From the human T2T-CHM13v2.0 reference genome, Homo sapiens: a stretch of 64,000 nt of DNA. Of this stretch, positions 35,100-50,336 are shown piece after piece; position 1 is the stretch's first letter; each line of letters starts with the position of its first letter. The stretch lies in NCBI RefSeq assembly GCF_009914755.1, contig NC_060927.1; one strand, written 5' to 3'. The position numbers and the translations under genes are program-made. A model generated the notes under the pieces. It saw only the letters and a list, made by a program, of their open reading frames with translations, did not search any database and was not told where the DNA came from.

Positions 35100-35790
35100 C
35101 GGCACACTCAGTACGCTCTTCAAGCATCTGGGCACACCCGGTCCACTACAGTCCTACAAAGTCGGACGTGAGCACGGGCGAAGGCGTCAGCCGGGGCCAC
35201 ACGGGAGTCACTGACCACAGCCAGGCGAGAGCCGGCTTTCCGGTGCCGCCACATTCCGGGCACCAGGCTCCGGGCTCTTCAGAGCATTTGGGGCGGGCGA
35301 CGGAGGTCCCGTCCACTCTCGCTTGGGTGCAGAAGGGCGCGGCGGTGCCAGGAAGCCGCCTTGGAGGCTCCAAGATTAGCTCACTCAGCGCGGCCAAGCG
35401 CAGGTGCGGGGGCCCTCGCCGCCACCCTGCTTATCTGGGGACAGTCCCGGAACCCGGTGACCCGGCTCCGCCCCAACCCGCGCCCTCGTCCACCCGCAGC
35501 AGCCAAGGCCTCTTCCCCGGCCCCGGGAGCCCGCGCCACGCCCGTCGCTCGCGCGTTCCAGTCCAGGCTACAGCAGGTATCGCGATCCCGGCCCTCGGCC
35601 CCGCGCTCCCCTCCCCCGCCCCTGGCGCTCTCCGAGTGTGGCCGACCATGAGGATTCCCAGTCTTGCAAATCGTGGGAGCGTGTCAACCGCCCCGTTTCT
35701 TTCCAAAGCCGGGCATGGCCCGGAAGCAGCTGATCAGATCTTAGTTCTGAATGTATAGTTCGGGTACGAGAATGTGACCCGTGAAAGTTC
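35100..35790. promoter_or_regulatory. ADPRH: CpG island / ADPRH promoter with non-coding first exon(s)
   Basis: Very high GC and CpG density; GC boxes (CCGCCC near 35468 and 35616); candidate donors CAG|GTGCGG (35404) and CAG|GTATCG (35577). Confidence 0.9.
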
Positions 35791-36275
35791 AGAGGAGTTA
35801 AGTAATTACAGCGTTCTGAAAGCGAACGTTAAAGGGAATTTACAACCGAAAAAAGATGCCGGTCTTCTTCCCCCATCCCAGCTTGCAATTCACAGAAGCA
35901 CACATTAGGGTGGAGCCAGAAGGAATTACGGAAAGGACAATGAGGACATTGAGAGGGAGGGTATGGGGGGTTAAAGTTAGTCCTCCGAGGCCAAGAAGCA
36001 GAGTGTCTTGGCCTAGTGTCTGAAAATCGCAGCGCAGGACGGAACTTCCGAGAGCCTATACCTCCCCACTTCCCCCTCCAGTTTACAGATGGGCAAACCG
36101 CTGTCCCGGGTGTCTGTCAGGTCTAGTAGCCCAGAATCTCAGTGCCTAGGCTTCACTGTAAATAATAAACTATGTAAATAACATTTACAAATATCCTTTG
36201 TGAGCTCAGAAACTCAGCATTACCAGTAACTGGGTAGTGGAACGCATCCATCTTCGTCGTTTACTCCTTCTCCAG

Positions 36276-36361
36276 GGGCTCTCCAGCCTGCATTCCATGG
36301 CCAACAGCAGTGCAGCTGCAGAAGCACTTCTGGAAGCCTCCTGACTTGAACTAGACCTTGG
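36276..36361 (+). other. ADPRH: Probable ADPRH 5'UTR exon
   Basis: Acceptor TTACTCCTTCTCCAG| at 36275 (alternative AG at 36286); donor TGG|GTAAAT at 36362; lies between the CpG island and the first coding exon. Confidence 0.65.
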
Positions 36362-36735
36362 GTAAATAGGGTTTAGATAAGTGGAGGGGAGGGAAAAGTT
36401 TCACCTGAGGGGAGAATGAGCTAGTCTGCCAGACCCTTATAAAAGTATTGGCCTGGATGGGATGGAGGGCTTTGACCTGAAAGCCACAGGGAGAAGGGAA
36501 CCCTGAGGAATTGGCTGAAAGAGGGGGGTTCTTAGGAAATGCACCAACAGGGAAGCCAGCGCTTTACCAGGGATTTCATTCATGGTGGGTATATTATTAA
36601 TAGAGATTCGAATTCTCTAGAAGCTGATCATTTCTAAGAGAAACAATATTTAAACATTACTGTCGAAGGAAAGGTTGTGGGGAGAAAATGTTCTAGTTCT
36701 AAAACAGAACACCCATTTTCCCTGGTTGTATATGA

Positions 36736-37092
<357 letters not shown>

Positions 37093-37894
37093 AACTTTAT
37101 GAAATTTAATTTATTTATTCCTAACAACAAATCCAGGAGGTTGTTACTTTTTAAAATCAGTGCCATTTTATAAATGTGGAGGCTGAGGCACCAAGAGGTT
37201 GCCCAAGGTAAGAAGATCTGGACTGAGGCTGAGTGGTGTGATACCAAGCATCCTGGCTTGGCTGGAATCAGATTTGGGTTCCAGTACTTCCACTCCTCTT
37301 GTTTTGTGAATTTAGCTTATCTGAGCCTTCATTTTCTTATCTGTGAAATGCATACTGTAATCCCTCCCTATTAGTGAGACAATGAATGTGCAGGTGCTTT
37401 GTGAACTACACATTGTGACACTAATAGGAAGTGTAAAGCCTTGCACTTCTAAGGCCAAATCCCAGCTAAGAAGAGCAAATGATGAGCTGGGTTTGACTTG
37501 CAGAATTTAGTGGGCTTACTACTCACCAAGAGGCAAGAGATACAGTTGTAGTTATGATGATAGACTTTGGAGTCAGATGGACCTATGTTGGGATCCCAGC
37601 CCTGCCACTTATTGGCTCTGTGACCTGAGACAAGTCACTGAACATTTCTCAAACTGCATTATCTCCATGGTCCTCCATTTGTTCATACATAAAATGGGCT
37701 TTATATTCCTCATAGAGCAGTGATGAGGATTACATGAGATGCCACTGATACAATGTCTGCAAGTAGTGAGTGCTCAATAAAACATAGCTAGAGTCGTTGT
37801 TTTTTCTGATTCTTCTTGCTCCTCATCCTATTTCCTTTGTCTTAATTTCCCCACAAAGACACCCTCTCCAGAGCCCAGCAATTGTGAGGGACTG

Positions 37895-38192
37895 ATGGAG
37901 AAGTATGTGGCTGCTATGGTGCTGAGTGCAGCTGGAGATGCCCTGGGGTACTACAATGGGAAGTGGGAGTTCCTCCAGGATGGGGAGAAGATACACCGGC
38001 AGTTGGCCCAGCTGGGCGGCTTGGATGCCCTAGACGTGGGAAGGTGGAGAGTTAGTGACGACACAGTGATGCACTTGGCCACAGCAGAAGCTCTTGTGGA
38101 AGCTGGGAAAGCCCCTAAGTTGACTCAACTGTATTACCTCCTTGCTAAGCATTACCAAGACTGCATGGAAGACATGGATGGGCGGGCACCAG
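37895..38192 (+). CDS. ADPRH: ADP-ribosylarginine hydrolase (ARH1), first coding exon (exon probably starts at 37859)
   Basis: [18 protein letters not shown]...RVSDDT (S54/D55/D56 Mg-binding motif); donor CAG|GTGAGC at 38193; 298 bp. Confidence 0.99.
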
Positions 38193-38325
38193 GTGAGCAC
38201 AGCCGGTGGGAGGTGCAAGGAGGGCAAAGAATAAAACAGCCTTGAGGAAATCATTAAGAATGTTGATGGAGATTTAAATAACAGAGACAATAGTGTTTGT
38301 AAATGTGATAAAAATAGAAATAACG

Positions 38326-38970
<645 letters not shown>

Positions 38971-39352
38971 AATAGAAAGAACCTAAATCTCTCATAATTA
39001 ATTAAGCTGACACATTTGCAACCATTTAAAATTATTCAGGGTGACTCTACTCAATAACAATGTATCGTATATTTCAAAATAACCAATAGAGTAAATTTCA
39101 AATGTCTCACCACAAAAAAAAGTGAGGCAATAGATATGCTAATTAGCCTGATCATCCCACATTGTTTACATATATCAAATCATCACATTATACTAAATAA
39201 ATGTATATAATTGATTTGTCAATTTAAATATTAATAAAAATTTAAAATTTGCAAATAATATTTACTAATATTGAAAAGTATTATTATACACTAATAGGTT
39301 ATAAAATAGTATGTATGTTATGAACCTACTGTCCTTTAAAAAATAGATCTGT

Positions 39353-39845
<493 letters not shown>

Positions 39846-40005
39846 TGAGAAAGATCTTGAAGAACATGTACAAAGATGTTACTAATTATATTTGGGTGAT
39901 GGGAGTATTTATAGTTTTTTATTTTTACTTACTTGTATTTCTAAGTTTTCTGTGATGAATAAGTAAAAAGAAAAATGTATATTTTTTATTTTTAAAGAAA
40001 AATGC

Positions 40006-40299
<294 letters not shown>

Positions 40300-40429
40300 T
40301 GCAAAGGCTTTTGTAGAGACTTCTGGCCACAGGTTCGCTCACAAGTGGTTCTTGCCCACTTCGGCAACTTGTTAGAGCCACTTGGGCCACCAGGTGATTT
40401 TCTCTGGCCCATCTGACCTACCTCTCCTA

Positions 40430-40812
40430 TTTGAGGCTGCTAGGGCTGCCATAACAAAATGGCATAGACTGAGTGGCTGAAACAATGGAAATTTGTCTCT
40501 CACAGCTCTGGAAACTGGAAATCCAAGTCAAGATATTGACAGGCCTGGTTTCTTCTGAGGCCTCTCTCCTTGGCTTGCAGATGGCTGCCTCCTCGCTGTG
40601 TCCTCACATGGTCTTTCCTCTGTGTGCATGTATCCCTGGTGTTTCTGTGTGTTTGCATTCCTCTTCATGTAAGGACACCAGGCAGATTAGATTAGGGCCT
40701 ACCCTAAAGGCCACATTTTAGCTTAACCACCTCTTTAAAGGCCCTATCTCCAAATCGAGGTACTTAGAGCTACAGCATTTGAATTGGGGGGACTCAATTC
40801 AGCACATAACAC
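40430..40812 (-). mobile_element. MLT1 (MaLR) LTR
   Basis: TAGGGCTGCCATAACAAA, CACAGCTCTGGAAACTGGAA, TCAATTCAGCACATAACA. Confidence 0.85.
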
Positions 40813-41236
40813 CTCCTGATGAAAGCTTCCCATCACCATACCAAGGGGCCCTTGTCACCCCAAGGATTGGCTTTAGATGCCAATCTCTGTTCATCCTTTC
40901 TCGGCATCTGATAGCTCATCAGTTTAGCAAGTGGAAACTTTTTTTTGTCCACCTGTGCCATCCATGAACATTTTTGTGAAAACACTGACCAGTAAAGGAA
41001 CAGCAGTGCCACACTCCATCGTATGTTGCTGCCATCGCTTGGTTCGCATGCGTATTCACAGGTCCCCAGTAGGACAGGTCGGGGGACAAGCCTGCTTACG
41101 TCACTGTCACGAGGGGATAGCCAAGGCCCAGAGGTTCAGTGACTCACCAAAGACACATTGTTTCCCTGAATCCACTGCTCCTCATCTGAGCCCAGGGCTT
41201 CACTGTAGAATTTTTGGCCGCTTTCTTTCTTTTTGA

Positions 41237-41573
<337 letters not shown>

Positions 41574-42009
41574 TAATTGTAAGGTTCTTATTGGACTCCA
41601 TAAGGAATTGGGCTTTGGAGTCTGATGGATTTTACCCAGCCACTAACTAGCTGATTATGTGATTTTGAGGAAGTTTCTTAAGCTCTGAGCTTAAAAGGCT
41701 TATTTACTTAAAAAAGAGAACAATATACTTACTTCTTAATTTTTTTGTGATGTCTCAGTAATGACTGGTAAAGATTCCAAGGATCCCTATATGAGTCTGC
41801 TGCCTTTATTAGCGTTATCTTGCCAAGGGTTATACATAAAGAAAGGCACATTGTTGGGTGGGGTTTGGAGTTTTGGGGCATGCATCATCATATTTTTTGG
41901 CTCTCCCTTTCCATCAAAAATACTTGGAGACAGAGTTTAGTTATTTATTCCTGCTGGGGCCTTTGCTTTGGTTATGCTAACCCCCATCCCTTATCCGACT
42001 CTTCCCCAG

Positions 42010-42370
42010 GTGGTGCCTCGGTGCACAACGCCATGCAGCTGAAGCCGGGCAAGCCCAATGGCTGGAGGATTCCCTTCAACAGCCATGAGGGCGGCTGTGG
42101 GGCTGCCATGCGGGCCATGTGCATCGGTCTCAGGTTCCCACACCATAGCCAACTGGACACACTGATCCAAGTGAGCATCGAGAGTGGTCGGATGACCCAC
42201 CACCACCCAACAGGCTACCTGGGGGCCCTTGCGTCTGCTCTTTTTACAGCCTATGCTGTGAATAGCAGACCACCCTTGCAGTGGGGAAAAGGACTGATGG
42301 AGCTGCTACCAGAAGCTAAAAAGTACATTGTCCAATCAGGCTACTTTGTAGAGGAAAATCTTCAACACTG
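42010..42370 (+). CDS. ADPRH: ADPRH second coding exon
   Basis: Acceptor CTTCCCCAG|; [14 protein letters not shown]...[13 protein letters not shown]...MTHHHPTG...ENLQH; donor TG|GTGAGT; 361 bp. Confidence 0.99.
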
Positions 42371-43188
42371 GTGAGTCTGTAAGCGCACGCCCTGCTCAAA
42401 CACGGTTGAATCTGTGCGTGTACATCCACCTGCACATATATGTCTTGTATTCAGAGATCACAGCAACCCTCATGGTTTTCACCCCCAGCCCCCTTTCTAC
42501 CCATCTGCTAAGGATTTCAAGTTCCCTTCCAGTAATGATTCTACAAAGTAGCCAAGTGGATACCTCAATGAATAGGGCAGCTGTGGTGTTTCCCTCTTAC
42601 ACGGAATCCTGTCATTTTTGTGGCTATCCTATTCTGCCATGAATTTTCATGCCTATTTCCTACTTTCCTGGAATTTGCTTTTTCAGTGTTGTCTTGGTAT
42701 ACAAATAATATTTTGAAATCCTTGGTTAAAATTCCAGAGATACGTTTTTCCACTAGCTAACTAATAAGTGGTAAGGCCACATCTTCCCCTTCTCGTGAGT
42801 TCACTTCACATTGTCTTTCTTAGAATAAAAAGAGGCTTTCTGCTGAAGTCACCCACAGTTGTGATGTCTTGAAGTTCCCCTTTAAAAGGTCATTACTCTC
42901 GACCCTCCCAGGGAAAACAAACCTGTATTTCTTACCCTTTAACTTGATATGTATCTCTTTATTTAGCAACAGGATCAATGCCTTATTTATGTAGATCCTT
43001 ATGAAAAATGTATTGAATGAATGGTACTTATATAGAAATAATTTTGATGTTTAAATAGTTTATGATATTACTGCAAGAAGCCGAAGTTATGTTGGATTTT
43101 TCTCTGTTCACACATCCATCTGGTGCTTTTTGTTATGACTTTTCACTTTATTTTTTTCAATTGACTCTAGATTTTTTCCTTTCTACAG

Positions 43189-43603
43189 GTCCTACTTCCA
43201 AACCAAATGGGAAAATTACCTAAAACTTAGAGGGATTTTGGATGGAGAATCAGCCCCTACCTTCCCTGAGTCTTTCGGTGTGAAGGAGAGGGATCAGTTC
43301 TACACCTCCCTGAGCTACTCTGGCTGGGGTGGCAGCAGTGGGCACGATGCCCCCATGATTGCCTACGATGCTGTTCTTGCTGCAGGAGACTCCTGGAAGG
43401 AGCTTGCCCACCGAGCCTTTTTCCATGGTGGAGACAGTGATTCTACAGCTGCCATTGCTGGCTGCTGGTGGGGAGTTATGTATGGTTTTAAAGGAGTGAG
43501 TCCCTCCAACTATGAGAAACTAGAATACAGAAACCGGCTGGAAGAGACAGCTAGGGCTTTATATTCTCTCGGGTCAAAAGAAGACACTGTAATTTCCCTT
43601 TAG
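43189..43603 (+). CDS. ADPRH: ADPRH last coding exon
   Basis: Acceptor TTTCTACAG|; WSYFQTKW...[14 protein letters not shown]...EDTVISL*; 415 bp. The three exons total 1074 bp = 357 aa + stop. Confidence 0.99.
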
Positions 43604-43909
43604 GGAGACGTGATGTTCACTTCTGATGGATTCTTCTTTTGTGTATTTCCTTTTCTGCTATTTCTTTTCAGTTTTTCCAAAGTCAAGAGTCTTAACCTTG
43701 TACTCAGGGAATTTTGAGATAACAAGTCCCTTGGGCACCTTAAGCTCAGTTTTTTCAGGCTCATCCTGTTCTTCCAGAATCTATCCCTTTTCTTACACTG
43801 AAGAGTCCTTTAGCTCAATTGATAGGGTCAGCGTCTCGCAAGCAAAAAATCTCATGACCTCATATTTGAGTCTTCATTTTCATCATCTACTTGTTCTAAA
43901 AGTTTTTTC

Positions 43910-44360
43910 TGTTTGTCTCAAGTTGGGTTCCCACAAAGTGGACTTTGAGACAAAGATCTGAATGCAAGCAGTTTATATGGGAGATGATTCCAGGAAATAC
44001 CGATATGAGAATGGGGAAATGAAACCAGGAAGGGAAGAGAGCTAGTATGGGGTATGTTAATGAGCAGGTTTCCACTGTGGGCGGTTGGCACTCTGCCATC
44101 TGAGTCCTCTGCCTAAAGCATTCCTCAGAACTGTCCCATTTGAAGGGCAAGCAAACCTGGGGTATTTATCCACTGACTTCCATCTGACACTGGTTGAGGA
44201 CCACTGCCAGGGATGCTAACTCCCTGGTAATTCTTGGCTTACCCTTTGTACAAACCAAACCTTAGTGTCTTCAGGTAAAGACTCAGAGATACTTGCAGGG
44301 GCAAGCTGTAAAGGGCATGGGAACAGTGAGGGACATATGTGGGGTCCTAACAATATCTGC
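43910..44360. mobile_element. MLT1-type LTR in the ADPRH 3'UTR
   Basis: GACTTTGAGACAAAGA, GCAAGCAGTTTATATGGGAGATGATTCCAGGAA, GGGGTATTTATCCAC. Confidence 0.7.
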
Positions 44361-45540
44361 TAGGCTGGTCTACCTCCTAAATATACTCTGAATCTATCAC
44401 CTCTATTGCCTTCTTGCACTGAGGATTTTTCAGCTGGATTTCTGCAATCCAAGCTACTCAAGTCTGGGAGATGCTGCTCTGAGCTGCTCTCAGTACTCTC
44501 CTCATCATGGCAGTTAACACATTACCAATTTTGTTATTGTCTGTTTGCTTGTTTGCATTATTTCTAAACAGAACCTAGCACAGTGCTTGGGCAGCCAATA
44601 GGCATTAATCAGTATCTATTGAGTGTTATGAACTAGCCTCCTAGCTCGTGCTTCCCTCATTACCCTCCAGAGTTATGTTTACGAATAACAAATTGACCAT
44701 GCTAAACTAATCATGTTCCAATGAATACATCACCTTTCTTCATTTCTTGATGCTCTTCCCAATCCTTGTCTACCTGATAATAAATTCTTACTTGTCCTTC
44801 AAGACCCAACTCAGATAGATAGAGCTTCCTGAGTGAAACCTGCTTTGATTGTTCAGGCACTTGGCCACCTTCTCCTCACTCCTCCCACAGCCTTCTGTCT
44901 TGGCCTTGTCATCACATCAATCCTGTTGTGTGGTGCTGTGTGTCTTCTGGGTCAGTCCTAGGCACATGCTGCCCAGCACATGTCCACCTGGGAAATGAGA
45001 TGCCATCGTCACATTCATTTGGTCACCCTCAGTCCAGCCAGTGGGCTTGCTCTCATTTGGCCTGTTCTCAGGGGTGGGAAGGAAGAGCGTCCCTTCCTTC
45101 TCCTTTTGAGAAAACCACAGAACTATGACTCTCATGATTTTTCCTTTGTGAAATCCCTGGTTTTCAGCTGGAAGCGGTGGGTAAATGAGGTCTGATGATA
45201 GCAGTCCTGCCACCTTCTAGTTCATCCCATAGGAATGTTTTTCCAAGTCCTTCCAGTCTTTTTAGAACGTGGTGGAGGAGGGTTGTGTGTGCCCCAGGGG
45301 GTCGGGGGTAGGGGATGCAGGGAGGATCTTAGCATTTGTTGTTTTCTAGTGCAGGGCTTTAGCCACAATTGTAAACAACAGGAAAAGGCTCTTTAGAGAT
45401 CCTATTAGATTTGCTTTGCCGATTGTCACTCTTCATCACAGGCACATTTCAAAAAGAGGTTAGACTTTCAGACTTCTTTTTTCTCAAACCTCAAAACTTC
45501 CACCCCAAACTTCGCTCTCAGCTGGTGACTTTGCTTCTTT

Positions 45541-45585
45541 ATGTGTGTGTATGTGTGTCAGAGAAAGAGAGAGAGAGAGAGAGAA
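45541..45585. repeat. (TG)n(GA)n compound microsatellite
   Basis: Seen directly, ~60 nt upstream of the poly(A) signal. Confidence 0.9.
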
Positions 45586-45645
45586 GGGAGGATGAGAACG
45601 AATGGGGGGAAGAGATAAACTTTATGCATAACATTAGGGTAAATC

Positions 45646-45651
45646 AATAAA
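45646..45651 (+). terminator. ADPRH polyadenylation signal
   Basis: AATAAA shortly after a (TG)n(GA)n tract; a more proximal AATAAA occurs at 44779-44784. Confidence 0.7.
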
Positions 45652-46380
45652 GATGGTCTGACACATCGTATGAATTTGCCATTCTTATCAAGTTAATCTA
45701 TGCATATTGAACAACAGAAGAGGTCATATGTGACATTTCAAATGATGCTTTTTGGACCTGCTGTGTGATGCTGCTTCATTTGCTTTCTTTGTTAGCCAAG
45801 ATTGCTACATGTTGTCTAGAAGTCTTGGCAATAGTTGTTTTTTGTTTATTTGTTTGTTTGTTTTAGATCTATAAAATTAGCATTGACCTCATTCACTCTT
45901 CTTCAAGATTCTCCAACCACCACATTCTCCATTTATTCTTCTTTCTGTACCTATCTGGAGCGAGTAAACTTGCATCTTTTTAAAACAGCCACTGAGCTAC
46001 TAGGACATTGAGGGGAAGGAATGGGGATTAACTTCACAATCCAACCAGCCTCCCCGGCCAGCTTCTCAACAATGGCTGCCTGGGGTCTCACTGAGGATCC
46101 ACAGGTCATTTAGATAGGGACTGGGGAGCAGCCTACCATCATTTGTTTTACTCTCTGGGCTTGGGGGTTGAGAAGAGTAATTCCTAGGGAGTAGGTGAAG
46201 CTCTTTCCATTTGGGGAAGGATAAAGAACAGAGGAAGAGAATATTGCTGTGTGTCAGATCATTCACAACAACCCATTAATAGATGAAGAAATTGGGCTCA
46301 GAGAGGTTGCCATCTGTCCAAAGTCACACAGGATGAGATGGAACTGGGGTTTAAAACCAGGTCTGTTTATCCTACAAAGG

Positions 46381-47295
46381 ATGGAAAAGAACCAAACCAA
46401 GGTGCTTTTCCCAGTCTCATGCAGCACTCACACTTCTGACACCCAAAGGTGTGAGAGTTGTTTCTCCATGCACCAAGCAAGTTTCTAACAGACACCAAGT
46501 GAGTGTCCTCTAATTCAGTTCCGATGCTATCTTCTGGATGATAGCATCAGATTCCACAAGTTAAGGCACAAGACTGCCCCCTCCTCCCCCTCACCACTGC
46601 TTCAGATGCTGACCACAAGTCCCAGGTTGTGGCCTGTGCTTCTGACCAACCAGCTGTAAATCAGGTTCCCACAAAACCCCCCTCAGGTTTGATTAATTTG
46701 ATGGAGTGGCTCACAGAACTCAGGAAAACACTTAGTTTACTGGTTTGTTAAAGGATATTACAAAGGCTATAAATGTCTAGCCAGTTGGAAGAGATGCACA
46801 GGGCAAAGCATGTGGGAAGGGGTGTGGAGCTTCAGTGACCTCTCCAGGTATACCACCCCTTAGGAAGCTCCATGGGTTCAGCTGTCCAAATCCAGTTCTT
46901 TTAGCTTTTTATAGAGGCTTATTGTGCCGGCCTGATTGACTAAATCATTGGCCATTTGGAATCAACTCAGCCTTTAGGCCCCCACCCCTCCCTGCGGGTC
47001 ATGAGGTGGGTGGGGACAAAAGTTGCAACCCTCTAATCACATGATTGATCCCCCTGGCAACAAGCCCCCATCCAGAGGCTATCCAGGAGCCCACCAAAAA
47101 GTCACCTCACTGGAACAAAAGATGCTCCTCTCACCCGGGAATTATCAAGGGATTTAGGAGTTCTGTGTCAGGAACGAGGGTCAAAGACCAAATATTTGAA
47201 CAAAAGATTAGCACCCCTATCTACGAGGGTTTTAGGAGCTCTGCGTCAGAAACTCAGGCGTAGAGACCAGATACATATTTCTTACTATATCATCA
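46381..47295. mobile_element. MER21-type LTR
   Basis: CACACTTCTGACACC, GGTTTGATTAATTTG...CTCACAGAACTCAGG, AAGGGATTTAGGAG. Confidence 0.8.
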
Positions 47296-49236
47296 GACCA
47301 CGTCTTTAAAGCCCGTTTTCTTTGTACACACTCTACTACACTCTAATTGTTAGCTGTTTAAGTATTAGAAAATCATTCCTTAGAGGCAAAATGGTGTAGT
47401 ATGGTGACAGTGTAAGCCTGTGCTCTCTTCACCTTCCTACAACTAAGTGGTGATGTCAAGAGGAAAGGCTAGGTGTAGGTTTGAGATCCGCATTTGGCAG
47501 CAGGGGAAGGGAAGGGACAGAGTGAGCCCAGGAAAAATTGTGAAGTGGGCAGAGAATCTTCACTCCCCTTCAGACTCTTTCCCCTTCTCAGGCAGCTCCC
47601 CCACCTCTGCACTCATTTTGCCCCTTGGTCACTGTAGAGACCCCACCCAATGCTTCGGACATGATCTAGACTTATCTGTTCGCACTGCGTTTGGTTATAT
47701 CTGTCCCCACTTGCCAAGGTCCTTCACCTTTGTGGGCCTTGAGGTCATTGTCTCTACCAGCTGGTGGCCTCAGGCAAGTGACTCCTCTCAGGGTATTTGA
47801 GCTTGGAGCCCCTGAATTTTCAATACTAATGCCCAAAGAACATGAGTCTAAAATGGGGTTGTCTGACTTGGAGATAAGAGCAAAGAAAGAATCCTTTGGT
47901 CTCCCAATCTACAGAGCTGTGGATAGAAACATTTACTAATAGACAGCCATGCTTCAAAGCAGTGTTTCTCATCATTTTGGCTGGTATATGGACAACCCTC
48001 CTCCCCATTGTCAATGCCAGCAGATGGAAGTGACACAGTCCATCTGTTGGCCCACTTCAGGGGCCGGCTGTGTCTTCTTACTATATCTTCCTTCTAAAAT
48101 ACACTTTCTATTGGAGACTGCTCTAGTGAAGGTGACATTCTGAGGTGAGGTGGACTCTCTACTGTCCCTTATTCCACCAGCCCTGAATCCAGGAGACCTA
48201 GGAGGGGGGTGCTCTGAAGGTGTGAATTTTTTCCTTGTTGCAGGCACATGGTAATTGCTATGTAATTAGGACTAAGAAAAGGCATGCTCTGTGATCTTTT
48301 CCAGAGAGCTGCCATTGAAACCCGGCTCTGCCACCAGATGCCTCCAAGCCTCAGGTTGCTCAGGACTAATGTAAGTTGAGGCTAATAATGCCCACCTTGA
48401 GGAGAATGGTGAGAATGAGAGTGGGTAGCATAAATTCAGTGGAATGCATAAGGACCTATTGCTGGTGGTAGTTTTTCAAATTCAAATCCATGCTCTGCCA
48501 CTTTGTGTAGCCTTGGGCAAGTTATTAAACCTTGCGCTGCCTGTTTCTGAACGTGGAAAATGGGGTTAATAATAGTATCTACCTTGTGGGATTGTTGTAC
48601 TTTTTACACAGCATAGTATCTAGCATATAATAAGCAGTTAAACAAAAAATGGAAAAAGATGTGTTAACATATACTATCTATATATTATTGATAGCTTTTA
48701 GAAAGTGTATCTAGTGTCTTCTTTTTACCAAGCTGTCATGAAATGAGAGACCCAGGGATATTCCCAGACAACCACCTCCAGCCAGTTTCTTATGTCATTT
48801 GGGAAACTTTTGACACAACCCCGGGTGCTCACAGGGTTTTCTTTCTCTTCAACCTTCTCACAATACTCCCTTGCCATAATGCACACCCAAAGATAAACCC
48901 TTAAGGTTCACAATTTTACTTTGAAGTTAGGTGATCTCAGGGAATAAACACTAAACCATTGAATTTTAGTATCAAACTGTCATTTTAAAGCTACAAATAA
49001 TTTTTAGCCTTCTCAACACTTGCAGGCTTGGCATCTCCTGCGGGGTACACAGCATCTCTGTTCTGGCAAAACCACAAGTGACCTTTTTGTCTGGGCTAAT
49101 ATAAAGCTGGTCTCTACTTATTCTTTCTGGAAAAACAGAGACAGAATATAGATGTTTTTAAATGAAAGTTAAAATAATGTGGTTTGGCATATTAGAGGCA
49201 TGAAATGTTCTTTCTCCATAAGGTTTTAGACCGTAC

Positions 49237-49676
49237 TGTGTGAAAAGCAGGTTCACTGTGATTTGTCTGAGTCTTGGGAGACAGAACACCTATGCATGCA
49301 ATGAGTTACAGGAATCTGGCTTATTACTTACAGCTAGGCAGCAGACAACAGAAGCCTGAAATTCATGTGAGCCAGTACCCAAGGCTTAGGAAAGCTGCCT
49401 GTGGCACACGGATCCTCATCTGCACATGCCCACTTGTACCACAACTGAGGACCCCCAGGAAGGCAGCCCACCCTGGGTTTTATATTCAAAGGAAACAAGA
49501 ATCACTGAGCTAAAGCATTGAAGGATATCGTGTTTGGGGGTGTGGGGTAGTCGGGGGACTGGAACAGATTCCAGGATGTTGGATTCCCAGCACATTCTAC
49601 AGTTATTCTTGAGAACTATAAGCCAGAAAGCTGAAAGAACCGGGCCCAGTCCAAGACCTTGAAAACTGTCTTGCAC
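49237..49676. mobile_element. Solo LTR, family not assigned
   Basis: TG...CA termini (TGTGTGAAAAGCAGG ... ACTGTCTTGCA), ~440 bp, resembles ERVL LTRs. Confidence 0.55.
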
Positions 49677-50002
49677 TACACTTATATTTTATGACTTGTT
49701 CTGAGAAGGTAAGTGTGTGTGCGTGCACGCACGTGCATGTACCCATGTTCACATGCAGGACATACAGGACAGCAGGAGTGGAGAGACTCCATAATCGTGC
49801 TCTTCACCTCAAATTGGAATCTGGCAAGATTGGACTTTCTGAAAATCAGGTAGGATAAGGGCTTCAAGCCATTTTGGGTTGAGCACTAAAATTTCATGAC
49901 ACATTCTATCTGATGGAATTCTATGCAACCTTAAAAGAAGAATGAGGCAGCTCCAAAGTATTTTGTTTAATGTGAAACTCAAGGTTCAAAAGAGTTTGCG
50001 TA

Positions 50003-50336
<334 letters not shown>

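Larger units (their letters stand above)
43604..45667 (+). other. ADPRH: ADPRH 3'UTR (~2 kb; contains MaLR and L2-type fragments)
   Basis: Follows the stop codon; ends after AATAAA at 45646-45651; end approximate. Confidence 0.7.

Noticed and set aside
35146-35758. Overlapping ORFs up to 196 aa in the CpG island
   Set aside because: Stop-poor GC-rich DNA, mostly non-ATG starts, no recognisable domain.
41820-42009. N-terminal extension of the 184-aa ORF
   Set aside because: Intronic read-in upstream of the true ADPRH acceptor at 42009.
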